Of a stretch of DNA of 55,043 bases, positions 11,501 to 19,600 are shown one piece after another (the stretch's first letter is position 1; each line of letters starts with the position of its first letter). A model generated the notes under the pieces. The model was not told the origin of the DNA. It made no database searches and saw only the letters and a program-made list of their open reading frames with translations. The position numbers and the translations under genes are program-made. The DNA comes from an uncultured virus (IMG/VR IMGVR_UViG_3300027833_000020) (lineage: Duplodnaviria; Heunggongvirae; Uroviricota; Caudoviricetes), in the IMG/VR virus record IMGVR_UViG_3300027833_000020. One strand, 5' to 3'.

Positions 11501-13608
11501 GACAAGGAACCAATACCGTTAACACCAGCACCGTTCTTAGCAACATAACCTGTACCGTTTTGAGTACGAGGTGTGAAACCAAAACATAATACGTATGTAT
11601 ATAGTGAGTCAGTATCAAGTACTGCTCTATCTGCTAGAAGACAACCACCACCGCGACCAACCAGTCTGTTAGGGAAGTCGTCGATGCCAATACTTTCAAT
11701 TGTACCTGTACCGCCTCGCTGAGCGTAAAGAATATCTCCAACATCTACGTTGCCTTTCAGGTTTCTTATATAGATTTGTCTATTTGAATCAATATCATCA
11801 ATATAAGAAATGAATCCTGTAGCACCACTTGAGAATGTTACTTCGTCATCTAGTTCGAATTGGTTTTGTGCAGAGTGACCTGCTACTAAATATAATTCTC
11901 TACCTAAGTCAAGAATTGTACCTTTAGAGTTGAATGGATTTAAAGGTGGTTCAACATCTAAACGGTTAAAGTTTGAAAGCTGTGTGGAGTCACGAAGGTA
12001 AGGTGAACGTCTTAGCAAAGCTCCTGGACGGTAAGCAATAGCGAAACCGCCTGTTGGCTGATCAAAGTTATCTACTTCAAAGTTCATGTAACCGAAGCCC
12101 TGAACATAACAACCAGAACCAACTAAGATACCGTTAGTTTGTTCCCAACCTTTTTTCTTCTGAATTACTGTTGCATACTGACCAGCAGTTGATGTCATTG
12201 AACAGTCATCAGGTAACATAATTGGTTCATCAACATAGTAAGTACCAGGACCTACCGAAATGTGTACCGCGTTATTAATATCGTTACGATCAAAAGATCC
12301 ACCAGCTTTTTGTAATGCAAGCTCTTCAGCACGCTTAAGTGTGCGAATTGGCTGAAGTATTGTACCTGGATATCTATCGTCACCGTCAGATGCAACGTGT
12401 ATTTTAAGAGATTTTTCTGTCTTCTTAGAGAACTCGTCGTATAATTGACGATAAGTCATCTTCTCAGTATCACCAGTCTTAACATTTTTCAATGCAAAGT
12501 AACTGTCTTCGTCAAGCATTGGCTCGAACGTTTTAGTAAGATTCATATCGAAGTCAACAAGCTCTGACTCTACGATAGCTGAATTGGCAATTACTGACTC
12601 TTCAATATCAGAATTTTTAATTGATGATCTTTGTTGTACTAGATCTTCAGAAGAAGAACTTCCGATTGAGATATTAGTTGCAACAACTTGATCCATTGAA
12701 CCAGTTAAGGTAGCATTTTCTAAAATCGGATTGGTGAATGTATTATCAGTACCTGTACCGTTTGAGAAGTCTGAATTTGTAATGCTAGTGTTATTTGCTG
12801 TGCTGTCATTAAGAGCAGAAGAAGTAATAACAATGTTATTTGCAGTTGTGTCGATAATACTTGAGTTACTAATCAGTGTATCCCAAATTAATCCATTTGA
12901 GAATCTTGAATTAGTAATATCAACATCATCTAAGTCAGTGTTAGTAATTTCTGAATTAGATATGAATGTATCAAACAGGACTGTATTACCTGAGATTACT
13001 GTATCTGTTATTGTACCATTTGAGAAGTCAGTAGTAATAATTACTGAGTTAGACATTAACGCATCTTCAAGAATAATCTCGTCAATTGTAATGTTTGTAA
13101 GGATTAAGCCGTTTGCTGTACCTTGTTCAATGGTTACATTATTATAGAATGAATCATCAATAGTAGAGTTGGTAAATATGTTATTGTTACCAGTAGAGTT
13201 GTTTAATGCTCCAAAGTCTACAATAGTATTTGTGAATACGTTGTTGTTACCAGTTCCATCTGAGAAGTCAGAACCTAGAATAGTTACGTTAGCAACTGCA
13301 GTGGCGGTCATTGTGCCGTTGGTAATGTCGGAATCGTCTATATCTGAATTATCGATAGTACCGTTATTGAATGTGTTCCGGTTCATAACGTTATCTTCAA
13401 TTGTAGAGTTGAAGATTCTTACACTGGAAATTGACCCACCAGTAATTGTTATTCTATCAAAAACCTCATACTGTAGAGCTTGTACAAGTTCTTTTCTCGT
13501 AATATTTTTAGTACCGTCATCACCTTGTATAAGGTTAACGATAACAAAAAGGTCTTCAGAGCGAGTATTGGCACCTGTAATCGGCCCTAATTCTGAAATC
13601 TTTGACAT
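2539..13608 (-). CDS. Giant (3689 aa) multi-repeat virion structural/fibre protein
   Basis: N-terminal KISEL motif; period-5 N/S/T/D/I repeats (about aa 50-350); beta-helix-like region (IHVASDGDD...IRTLKRA...VGPGTY); 11+1 helical C-x-R-D repeats; 9 beta modules TPTxATYDPxTG...HTFVSA; late promoter upstream. Confidence 0.85.
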   Translation of the reverse strand: MSKISELGPITGANTRSEDLFVIVNLIQGDDGTKNITRKELVQALQYEVFDRITITGGSISSVRIFNSTIEDNVMNRNTFNNGTIDNSDIDDSDITNGTMTATAVANVTILGSDFSDGTGNNNVFTNTIVDFGALNNSTGNNNIFTNSTIDDSFYNNVTIEQGTANGLILTNITIDEIILEDALMSNSVIITTDFSNGTITDTVISGNTVLFDTFISNSEITNTDLDDVDITNSRFSNGLIWDTLISNSSIIDTTANNIVITSSALNDSTANNTSITNSDFSNGTGTDNTFTNPILENATLTGSMDQVVATNISIGSSSSEDLVQQRSSIKNSDIEESVIANSAIVESELVDFDMNLTKTFEPMLDEDSYFALKNVKTGDTEKMTYRQLYDEFSKKTEKSLKIHVASDGDDRYPGTILQPIRTLKRAEELALQKAGGSFDRNDINNAVHISVGPGTYYVDEPIMLPDDCSMTSTAGQYATVIQKKKGWEQTNGILVGSGCYVQGFGYMNFEVDNFDQPTGGFAIAYRPGALLRRSPYLRDSTQLSNFNRLDVEPPLNPFNSKGTILDLGRELYLVAGHSAQNQFELDDEVTFSSGATGFISYIDDIDSNRQIYIRNLKGNVDVGDILYAQRGGTGTIESIGIDDFPNRLVGRGGGCLLADRAVLDTDSLYTYVLCFGFTPRTQNGTGYVAKNGAGVNGIGSLSIFTRQAFFALDGGQMTLNNSGSQFGDISMRARGSTVIIKPAQATQVNGVAVNLISNSAFADTLDANQGEIVDDMIHYLTANTTTGFNGAPGLGYQGYNADKCFRDTGLIVDSASYDVATNSNYWGRLNGITYRSPISYIVVNDQMTETVGSINHIKGEIEHIFTNEQTAEVQTRLDRSLDQTLNILQNGEDAADPIIFANTGDTDAVASRELVQDNRALIIDEFVDWIDNNDEFYAYDGVKCERDVKEYILPATKFDMMLDTNYNAVTTGLAYYVNTARTSLENQRNETVAAFERLRKTTDELIQANSAPAAVDAYKSFNTIIGALANSGTKYTPTKTTYDPVTGRMVITIGTHDLAVGRYVNLAKESFTFTCSSDNFKTQISHPRTSEKAYLAALPIIEVSAKTITVNPGLTHANYEHRFVSAKDDAVSVIGEAITFSDNSGIPVAKRNARKQLQVNREFVQDYMADWVDNEFYFYDSKKCHRDTEEYILPAVQRDVLLGTNYNAIQTGAAYRTKSGEVSVTDQLAQTVGSIDYLKTQTAALVSNSIAGNRANESFDEMSRLLNNNGKKYTPTNAVYSPASGTTVLTIGTHDFAIGDSVFIEPNSLTFTCALDGNTTEHSYPTTEFINYTPTTASYDPATGEFSVNIGSNALKAGDLVEFKPNSIVFTCAMDDNVTNHPAPESHHPFYKKQIVIDRVDGFTIHMNVGSVVNGGGLHTFVSAATNAIQAEKRHPAYKKPVKISDRDATTITLNVGESSDTSVHTFVSATSNAVREGDMWTGTFTPQTATYDPVSGDMVLTIGSHDLPVGKWIEIAPESMVFSCDVGGVTGTDAAPLYDHPAYKEPVRVKAITTDTITVNVGNANGHANNHTFVSADADCIDANALYFSDPAKVLKAYTPTTATYDPVTGEFVVTLPSHDLTTDDHIELQPQSFVFSCAANGGGNDFSPRIGDFAYKLPLAISATTTNTVTVNVGSAGTNTDVHTFVSADEGAVIKVAGSQQGVYASRILQKNKAYLQAEVDAYMNDNYFIYDKDKCMRDTGYILNAVARDIATNSNVNSIYVGKGYRIGTVGANNVVNNQLTQTVGAITWLKDKIATEVLTDANQITISNAAFDEIIDIMTNGNAAADDVNFGGASLSDDSFNGAHALRVNKAFIQKEVIAWITANHPGFVYSQVACERDLGIFVDTASWDLQHGGNAATVNNSRLYFENALPVLSDGEIVPTSGAYEFVSYLVGQIVRGETVTPLQGVVNQILTEEESFSPANATYDPVTGIMELTIGVHTFEVNDRITIDPNAITFQCGFNGGGTDSHPNANDPKLGKPFIITAKTAQTITVNAGSAGTNTDVHSFVSAIADSVRAANMADAYTPTDIAYAHMTGVMTMTLGARHRFAKGDYVIFDENAITLNCASNGGGNLSHPRPTDPIFNKPVRIDSVTSTTITLQVGPATVDAVHTFVSATTNGVRRSLDVDTSTRAVNLFAQIGETIEQNDGTVPTVIETPALVAAEAIIGQKPKYQTEIIDYIYETYAGHGYEVAKCSRDVGYIVDAISEDLEYGGDSATVHSARYYFEGAVNTLPYYQREPSKLAFTHIANVMEKVIKNEVQEPHFGAQFTPTNATYDPVTGIMVATIGTHTLTTADHVWFKPDAITFSCDNGSGPANHASPESHHRFFNKACPVIGADATTITLWVGNAGAYTGAHTFVSALTNAISEVTGNLVKQNVKLAAADAATALEAKTLALVIANIVDDRLVVPDYTGSLDISLGQQTPYPLPIANAATAPLMEPSRTFARKSLQWNREFIQEEVVRFVRDNNYTYDEAKCARDVGFIIDAVARDVQTGSDYPSQYYGRAYRVGTALAQNVIESQLAETVEAIEYVRDDILPRLAGVALTRATAAFTNVINIMKNGTAGITYDYGFANVGPSDSSATAGLTLNIPFIQQEAISWIALNNASLVYDEAKCRRDTGLLIEATAYDIRHGSNVAMRDFAKLYFENGINVGLPEAQRAPTAALYNHLAAVAEKVVLKQTVTPTTGNSVAQVTSGFGNVVGASGIEVELLIKIVADIISEDSLINLPQVREAAVTDATATGYDQEESVALILGRKDTLGGAVVQYLSDNFAFLQYSEERCRRDTGYIVDAISHDIQYGGNSAMHGTAELYFKNAVNILPIDQRKATREAFEYMAKVVQHVVRNEYIPRDLGNQFSPTGATYNPDTGIFTATLGAGHKLKVGDHVMIAPESIVFTCSLDGDIAEHPSPQLGDPYYNAPYLITATDATTITMQVGKVAYGKGGGAHTFVRASLNAITQVIGNPIKQEMPTIAARRTIGTEVMNLALMLSKVADDNNPAAIPARVDPFTNWIDADILAAKNAIDNGTVQMATDLQTYIYDTYNGISYSKEKCRRDVGTIIDALSHDVNYSTNYAMVQTAGLYFVNAVSVLPVDQRQQTARFFTELADTVEKIVIGGTIDTAVLSHSSTTQDTTTYTAATAVEAEEVADLTRIVEDAVRRDSIDVIPAITDPNTSWVDASKIWAAAQIDDNLDELADDVTQFLKDTFTIVDYSKAKCRRDAGYILDAMSWDLNYGGNLATRWNAAFYFWNNELRVPEDTRAATAQAYRQLGRIVSQVVRGTYPGQVIRSELGTEVQSTQANDLGLIFYNALFYNTVNKLGPTINPNFAWETNKTFNFAKDILDSNKSRIQREVQRFITAEYKFIDLPKTYRDAGNFIKIIGNDFRYTDPSLNPTNTYNNAQGGAGADAASRSFVGALFNIDAQHVFPVFNPPASFANWRRLRFKGTVVDAAARDLLTAVPATSTVKRWDCYIIPTDNNVNRYVGEIFYWTGTTWATAGTNNTELLAAFTGAWTQMKTYINNNIAPDTPHRTMVTELIDNVIIDSIIRPDFLVFGSLVESIAHQFNGASAGVNRNALPLNFRNVGAAIGANASVLSENGGRIRWSGSDELNNQYFARGLKINGRTGRIEGRPFTSSVRKLARRASNSRAAL

Positions 13609-13647
13609 TTGATGATACCCTTATGTGTTTAGCTCGTTGTTTTACTT

Positions 13648-13655
13648 TATTTATA
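13648..13655 (-). promoter_or_regulatory. T4-type late promoter TATAAATA for the giant protein gene
   Basis: tatttata on the + strand, 40 nt upstream of the 13608 start. Confidence 0.7.
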
Positions 13656-13682
13656 TAAAATCGTTAACCGTGGTGGAGCTTC

Positions 13683-14030
13683 TTAACTAATAAACTTCAA
13701 CACTTGTTCCTCAATCATTACATAAACTTTCATATAACTACGTCCGCTATTCTTTGCTTTTAATAATCTGTGTCGACCGTCTATCATTCTATAAGGTTTA
13801 TCTGCAGGGTTTTTCATACCTTTAACTACTATTCCCGGAAGATTTATATCAGCTTGTCTGTATCGACTATCTCTTGTTTCTATTTTGTTTGTTGCTTTGT
13901 GTCCTATATCATCTATATTTATGGATATTGGTTCTATGTTTTTCAACTTAACCCAACTATAAATCTTATTACAATCTATTTGTGTAGGTACATCGTATAC
14001 TTGCCAATCCCCATCCATTATATGAATCAT
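13683..14030 (-). CDS. Small ParB/sulfiredoxin N-terminal-like domain protein
   Basis: PGIVV...YRMIDGRHRLLKA matches the ParB/Srx DGxHR motif; 115 aa, no HTH. Confidence 0.65.
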   Translation of the reverse strand: MIHIMDGDWQVYDVPTQIDCNKIYSWVKLKNIEPISINIDDIGHKATNKIETRDSRYRQADINLPGIVVKGMKNPADKPYRMIDGRHRLLKAKNSGRSYMKVYVMIEEQVLKFIS

Positions 14031-14560
14031 TTTATAGAAAACCCAAAACTTAATCTATCTGTTTCTGAACCAACGCAATGCCAAAAGAATGGCTCTTCGC
14101 CGGTTACTTCAAATATACGACTTGTAAGTCCTTTATCGTCGTAATCTGTAATTACTTTTTCATCTTTAATATATCTAAAAAAAGATTTTTTTGCTTCATT
14201 TGTCCAAGTTAAATAAAGTCTTTTACAAGGTTCGTTTCTATTCGTGTGCCAGCCCATATATCCTGTAGGAGGGTAGTGGAAGAAACCCGTAGCTCGAACA
14301 ACTTGTTTTGGAAATACTTTTTGAATTATTTGTGTTATTTGTTGAGTAACTCCTAACCCTTCGAAACTAACCATATTAGTTTCGTTACTGATAGAAATAT
14401 TTGAAGAGCTGAGATATTCTAGGGTTAGCTTGTCAGCCCAATCTTTTACTATATTAGCTCCGTGTAATTTTGTATTTAAGAGCATATCTCTGTAATTCTT
14501 TTCGATTATTTTTTCAGCTTCTATTTTAGTTTCATCTGGGAGATCAAACCTTATGCTCAT
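14027..14560 (-). CDS. 2OG-Fe(II) oxygenase-like (DSBH) protein
   Basis: FFHYPPTGYMGWHTN...FWHCVGSETDRLSFGF gives an H-x-(N)...H...R-x-S pattern. Confidence 0.6.
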   Translation of the reverse strand: MSIRFDLPDETKIEAEKIIEKNYRDMLLNTKLHGANIVKDWADKLTLEYLSSSNISISNETNMVSFEGLGVTQQITQIIQKVFPKQVVRATGFFHYPPTGYMGWHTNRNEPCKRLYLTWTNEAKKSFFRYIKDEKVITDYDDKGLTSRIFEVTGEEPFFWHCVGSETDRLSFGFSIK

Positions 14561-15051
14561 GCTAGCTTAGGTTTGTACTTAGCTTCAAAATCAATGAAGG
14601 CATTAGGAACTGATTCATACGCAGTCCAATAGTCAGTAGCACCAGATAAATTAACAGTGTCTGGCATATCTCTTAAAGTTTGTTTATCAGCTTCGATTTC
14701 TGCAACTACATCTGATAAACCTTTTGTTAAGGCTCTCATTGCTAATGTGTCTAAAACACCGAATGCAACTCCACGTTGATTACGTATTAAGCCTAAAATA
14801 TATACTTCAATAAGATCCATATCCCATAAAACTTTTGTTGGTTTTTTAACATTATCAAATTTTAAATGCTGGGGCATTCCAACCATAGCCCAATCATTAC
14901 GATTTGAATTTTCGTCAATAAGATCGTGTTCTACGTAACCGGCATTTTTAGGAATAACCTCATCACTCATAAGTTGACTTACGCGTTTGCTAGTAGTGAT
15001 CAACGAAACCTTTGGTGAACCTACTGGATAATTAAAAAATATAGTTTTCAT
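14557..15051 (-). CDS. Tail fibre assembly chaperone-like protein
   Basis: Directly follows a fibre gene; C-terminal IRNQR...LD...KQTLRDMP resembles phage tail assembly chaperones. Confidence 0.55.
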   Translation of the reverse strand: MKTIFFNYPVGSPKVSLITTSKRVSQLMSDEVIPKNAGYVEHDLIDENSNRNDWAMVGMPQHLKFDNVKKPTKVLWDMDLIEVYILGLIRNQRGVAFGVLDTLAMRALTKGLSDVVAEIEADKQTLRDMPDTVNLSGATDYWTAYESVPNAFIDFEAKYKPKLA

Positions 15052-15065
15052 TTGTTATTCTCTCT

Positions 15066-16412
15066 TTAATATAACACTGCAATAGTGATAGGAGTCGCTG
15101 GGTCAACCGCAGTAATTCCAAATATAGAACCCGTGTTGTTATCGTTTCCGCCAAAATGGACATATGCGTTTGTTGCTCTAGTTGCTCTTATCTGAAAGCT
15201 TGATGTAGTTTGACTTTGAACATAAGCATTATAATCTTTTAAGTAGTTAGCGCCACCAGTATTACCAGTTAATGAGAAAGTTTTGTCAGATACACCGCCA
15301 ACTAATATTGAATATCCTGTAGCCGATGTAGGTCTGCCGCCGGCAATGCTAGAAGGTATTGTAACTGTCCATCTACCTGTTGCATTCCTAACTACTGTTA
15401 ATCCACCACCGCTTGCTAGAACGGCTCCAGTACTAGGAGTAAATGTTACGTGTGCTTTTACTAATTGAACAATACCTGTTAATTTTGAACCATCACCAGT
15501 AAATTCATCAGCATCAATTGCACCAGTAGCAGTAACAGTTGCACATGTAATATCATCTGCTTCTATATCGCCAAATTCTACGTTGTCTGTTGTTCCTACT
15601 GGCTGACCAATACTAAACACACCGGTAGCATATGATACACCTGTACCATTACTAACAGAAGCTCTTGCTCTTGCAGTTGTAAAATATAGATTATTAGTAC
15701 CTTCGCTAAGGCTGTTTGTAGTGTGATTTGTTAGTGAGCTAACAGTACCATTAACGTTACCAATAAAAGTAGCAGGAACGTTGGCTGCTGGGCCTCCATT
15801 TTCAAATACCTTATTACCGGCTGGGTGATAAATGTCACCTGTTACATCACCAACAAAGGTTCCTGATAAGGCACCTGATACTGTTGTAGCAACGATAGTA
15901 TTAGCAGTAATTGTTCCGGGTACTGTTAAATTTGTACCAATCTCAACATCGGCAGTAGTAATAATACTTGGAACGGATAAGATGCCAAGAGGTGACAACG
16001 AGAGTTGACCTCCGACCCCGTAGTTGACAATAAAGTTGTCTGTTGTAGTATTATCAAATCCTATGTCCCAAGCTGTGGTGCCATCTGTGTACCTTGTGCG
16101 GGCCCCTTGTGCACCATAAGTAAATGTTGCAGCAATTTGACTTGTTGTTGGAGTAACTTCTATAGGTCCATTAAAACCAACCGCAGTGCCTGGAGTTCTT
16201 GCTCCAATATCATCTGTACTAATCGCGTTAGTAATAACTAAGTTGGTTGCAGTAAAGTCTCCAACCAAAGTGGCGTCGCCTGTTGTTTCGTTGCCCGTTG
16301 GAGCCGCCGTAACAACGCTGTCCCGCATAAGATCAACCATCTCATTAGTTTTATCAAACCAATTTTGAAATGTTTGAGTAGTTGTAATATTTTGAATATT
16401 TGGTTTTGACAT
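15066..16412 (-). CDS. Tail fibre protein
   Basis: N-terminal IQNITTTQTFQNWFDKTNE attachment-like motif; T/G-rich beta repeats; LSEGTNNLYFTTARAR fibre motif; distinct C-terminal head. Confidence 0.7.
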   Translation of the reverse strand: MSKPNIQNITTTQTFQNWFDKTNEMVDLMRDSVVTAAPTGNETTGDATLVGDFTATNLVITNAISTDDIGARTPGTAVGFNGPIEVTPTTSQIAATFTYGAQGARTRYTDGTTAWDIGFDNTTTDNFIVNYGVGGQLSLSPLGILSVPSIITTADVEIGTNLTVPGTITANTIVATTVSGALSGTFVGDVTGDIYHPAGNKVFENGGPAANVPATFIGNVNGTVSSLTNHTTNSLSEGTNNLYFTTARARASVSNGTGVSYATGVFSIGQPVGTTDNVEFGDIEADDITCATVTATGAIDADEFTGDGSKLTGIVQLVKAHVTFTPSTGAVLASGGGLTVVRNATGRWTVTIPSSIAGGRPTSATGYSILVGGVSDKTFSLTGNTGGANYLKDYNAYVQSQTTSSFQIRATRATNAYVHFGGNDNNTGSIFGITAVDPATPITIAVLY

Positions 16413-16607
16413 TTAATTGTTCTCTATCTTATCTATGCGTTCATTTAAACGGTTAAGGCATTGTTTAACCTGGACAAGTTCTTTAGTTAACGAAGCTACT
16501 TTACGATGTAGCGCCCTCTCTGATTTATATTTATTAAGAGCTACTATATCTGTATTTATTACAGCTTGACTGTTCTCATCTCGTACTAATGAACGCGGAT
16601 TAATCAT
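16413..16607 (-). CDS. Small coiled-coil hypothetical protein
   Basis: 64 aa; LVRDENSQAVIN followed by a heptad pattern; ATGA overlap with the DUF4815 gene. Confidence 0.65.
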   Translation of the reverse strand: MINPRSLVRDENSQAVINTDIVALNKYKSERALHRKVASLTKELVQVKQCLNRLNERIDKIENN

Positions 16608-19600
16608 GTCAATGCAATCCCTCTGTAATCTTTTACAAACGGTGCGTTATGAATATCACCTGCTATCAGATCAATTCTTACTGCGAATTTTCTATATCCA
16701 ACAAAAGTTCCGCTTGTACTAGTGTAAGTTATAATGTCTGTAGTTTTATTAGCATCCGGTACAGCATATCTATATTCTCTATAATCTTCAAGATTAGAAG
16801 ATGATGAGAAGCTAGATGCACCTTCAATTTTTTCTAATTCGATCCAACTAATAGTATCTTTTGCTGCACTGTCTTGTGCATGCTGTGGCCTAATATAAAC
16901 TTTAATATCTGAACCATTTGGTCTATAACCTGTAAGATAAAGATTTAAGTCTTCAGCATCTAAGTCTTCAGCCAATTCTACAGTCTTAGAAATATAACTA
17001 GATGTAGTTGCTGGAGTATCAGTTACTTTAAATTGATATGCTAATAAGGTTGCTAATTCTAGATCAACAATCGGTGTTGAAGTATTATTAGACGAGTTAG
17101 ACATTGCAACGTTAATAGTAAACGGCTTAGGATTCACGAAGTTATTTGATTTAGAATAAATTACGACACCTTTTTGTGTGAAGAAATTATTATCACCAAA
17201 CTTCATTGGCATACTATAAGTGTTAGTAACATTTGCAGGATCTGTAAATACACCACTGATAGAAGTATTTGTTACCGAATCATCTGTTTTCTGAATCAAC
17301 GGTTGAACATAACTTAAATTAATGTTATCGATTGTTCCAATAGTACCAGTTATGTTAGAATCAAATCCTGTTATAGTGTCACCTGCAACAAACTTTTTAC
17401 CCATAATGGCAGAAGATTGTTTTAGGTGAACCTCTGACGCTGTATACTTATTGTAATGAGAAATAATACCAGCAACAATTGGAATTCCTGCAGCATTAGC
17501 ACCATTGAATGAACAAGGTTTGTCTGTTGTCATCGAAGTTGCACTATCTACACTTGTAATTCTAAAGATATCTGCAGCAGTATTACCAGAATTTCTTACG
17601 AGTATATAATCACCTGCAGCATAAGTAACAGTAAAGTCGTTACCAGATTGCGTAAGAACATTAGTTCCTTGGACCATTGATACTGTATAACCAACGTCAA
17701 TTTGTTTGTATGCAAATTCGTTAGCTTCGAATCTTCCTGTCCAATCAGATAATGTAAAGAACTCGTGATCATCGTTTGTAAGAGATACAGTGCCTGTTCC
17801 AGCATTAAAGTTATGACGATATAAAGTAAACTTAATATCTTCGTCTTGTACTGATTGCCATGCTCTATTGTTTGTAGAAGTAAATAGTACTCCATCACCC
17901 CAGTCCATTACAACTGCTTGGCCTTGTGTAGGACCTGTTGTAAGATCATTACCGCCAACTTTAGAAGTGTAATGAAGATAGTTAGGATCGTTTGCATCTG
18001 GCATAATTACGATTGCGTATTCTTTTTCAACATCCATTCTTACTGGAGCATCGAAAGTAACCTCAGTAATTGCAGACGCATCATCTGAAACACTTACTTC
18101 GGAAGGTTGTAAGTGTGTCTTAGAGAATGGTATGATAACATTAGATGGATAACCGTTAATAACTTCTCTAAGTGTAATTGTAACACCGTTAATATCTGAT
18201 TTACGCTTAAAGAATAAATCTACTTTAGATATAAAGACTGAATTAGATCCACGGCCCATTCCTGATTTAATAAAGAATGTTTGTCCGAGAGGATCACCAC
18301 GTCTTGTAACTTGAGTAACACGAGATGCTAAGTTTCTTGATGTTGCAGTTTCTTCTGTACCAAAATCTGGCATTCTTGTTGAAAGAGTTGATTTGCTTTG
18401 AGTGATGTTATAAGCGTGATAAGTAATTTCACCTTTTGAAGTTGATGCCGAATCAATACTTGAATATTGATTAACATCTACTGCGATTAATACTCTATCA
18501 CCAACATAGAATTTACCTTGTGGAATTTTAAATACTGCTCTTAATATACCGTTTGAGTCAGTAGTTACCGCTGCATTGTAAGCTCCAGTTTTCTGAACAT
18601 TTCTTGCATCCATTGCTGTAACAGCGCCTGGAGCAACATTTGCGTTAACATCAACTCCATCAAAGAAGAAGTAGTGCTGTGTATTAGGACGTAGACCAGA
18701 GATGAATACTTTAACATTACGAGATCTCATAAATGGTTGGAACTGTACGTTAGTAATAAAATCACCAACTGCATCTAATCCACCGTCGTTTACAGTGAGA
18801 CTTGAAATAGTACCTGCTTGAGTTCGTGGAGTAATTGTAGTTGTTGTTCTGCCAACCGTTACACTTGTTGAACCACCACTAGTAACTGGGCCATCCCAGT
18901 TTATACCTGTAATTGGTAAAACTTCTTGTAAATCTTGGAACACACCAGCAAGATCTATTTCTACCGGTACAGGATTTTGAACTGTATCGTGAGCCATATC
19001 GTGGCTTGGAGAAATTTGTGCGTTGCCGTCGTATTTCCAGAAGTTAGATACACAGTTTCTAAAGTTTGTAGCGTAAGGCTGACCAATTAATTTAATATTA
19101 GAATCTCTGCTTAATGAAGCAACCTCTGCACTATTAACATCAGGGAAGATTGATGCACCAGTAGATGAAGAATATTTCAGATCTAAGGCAAACGTATTTA
19201 GCGCCGGAGTAAGAATCTTCTTATCAAAATGAATTGCAGCTTTAAAGTTAGCATCATCTGTATCAGCGATAGCAGTATCATTCATTGGATCTACAATGTA
19301 GCCATTTTTGAATCTTGATAAACCATTTTCATCTAATATTAATAGATTCTCTGAGCTTTGCTCTAGTTGGTTTAAACTAATATAATATTCAAGGCCTTCA
19401 ATTCTACGTTCAATCTTTTCGATATCACGCATTGTATAGTTCTTTGTACCGCCTCTTTTAATTTGTACTGCAGTAGAAAACTTACCTTGTTCAGATGCTT
19501 CTTTTTGAGTTAGCGCTGGATAACCCGGAATAAAGATAGATGAAACCATTAATTGATCTTCACTTATCTTTGGTGTAATCGGGTTTTGAGCTTCTTCACC

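Noticed and set aside
3168..13612. Many internal and antisense ORFs within the giant gene, including 12731-13147 and 13169-13612 (+)
   Set aside because: These are shadows of the biased codon usage of the real gene, with no recognisable motifs.
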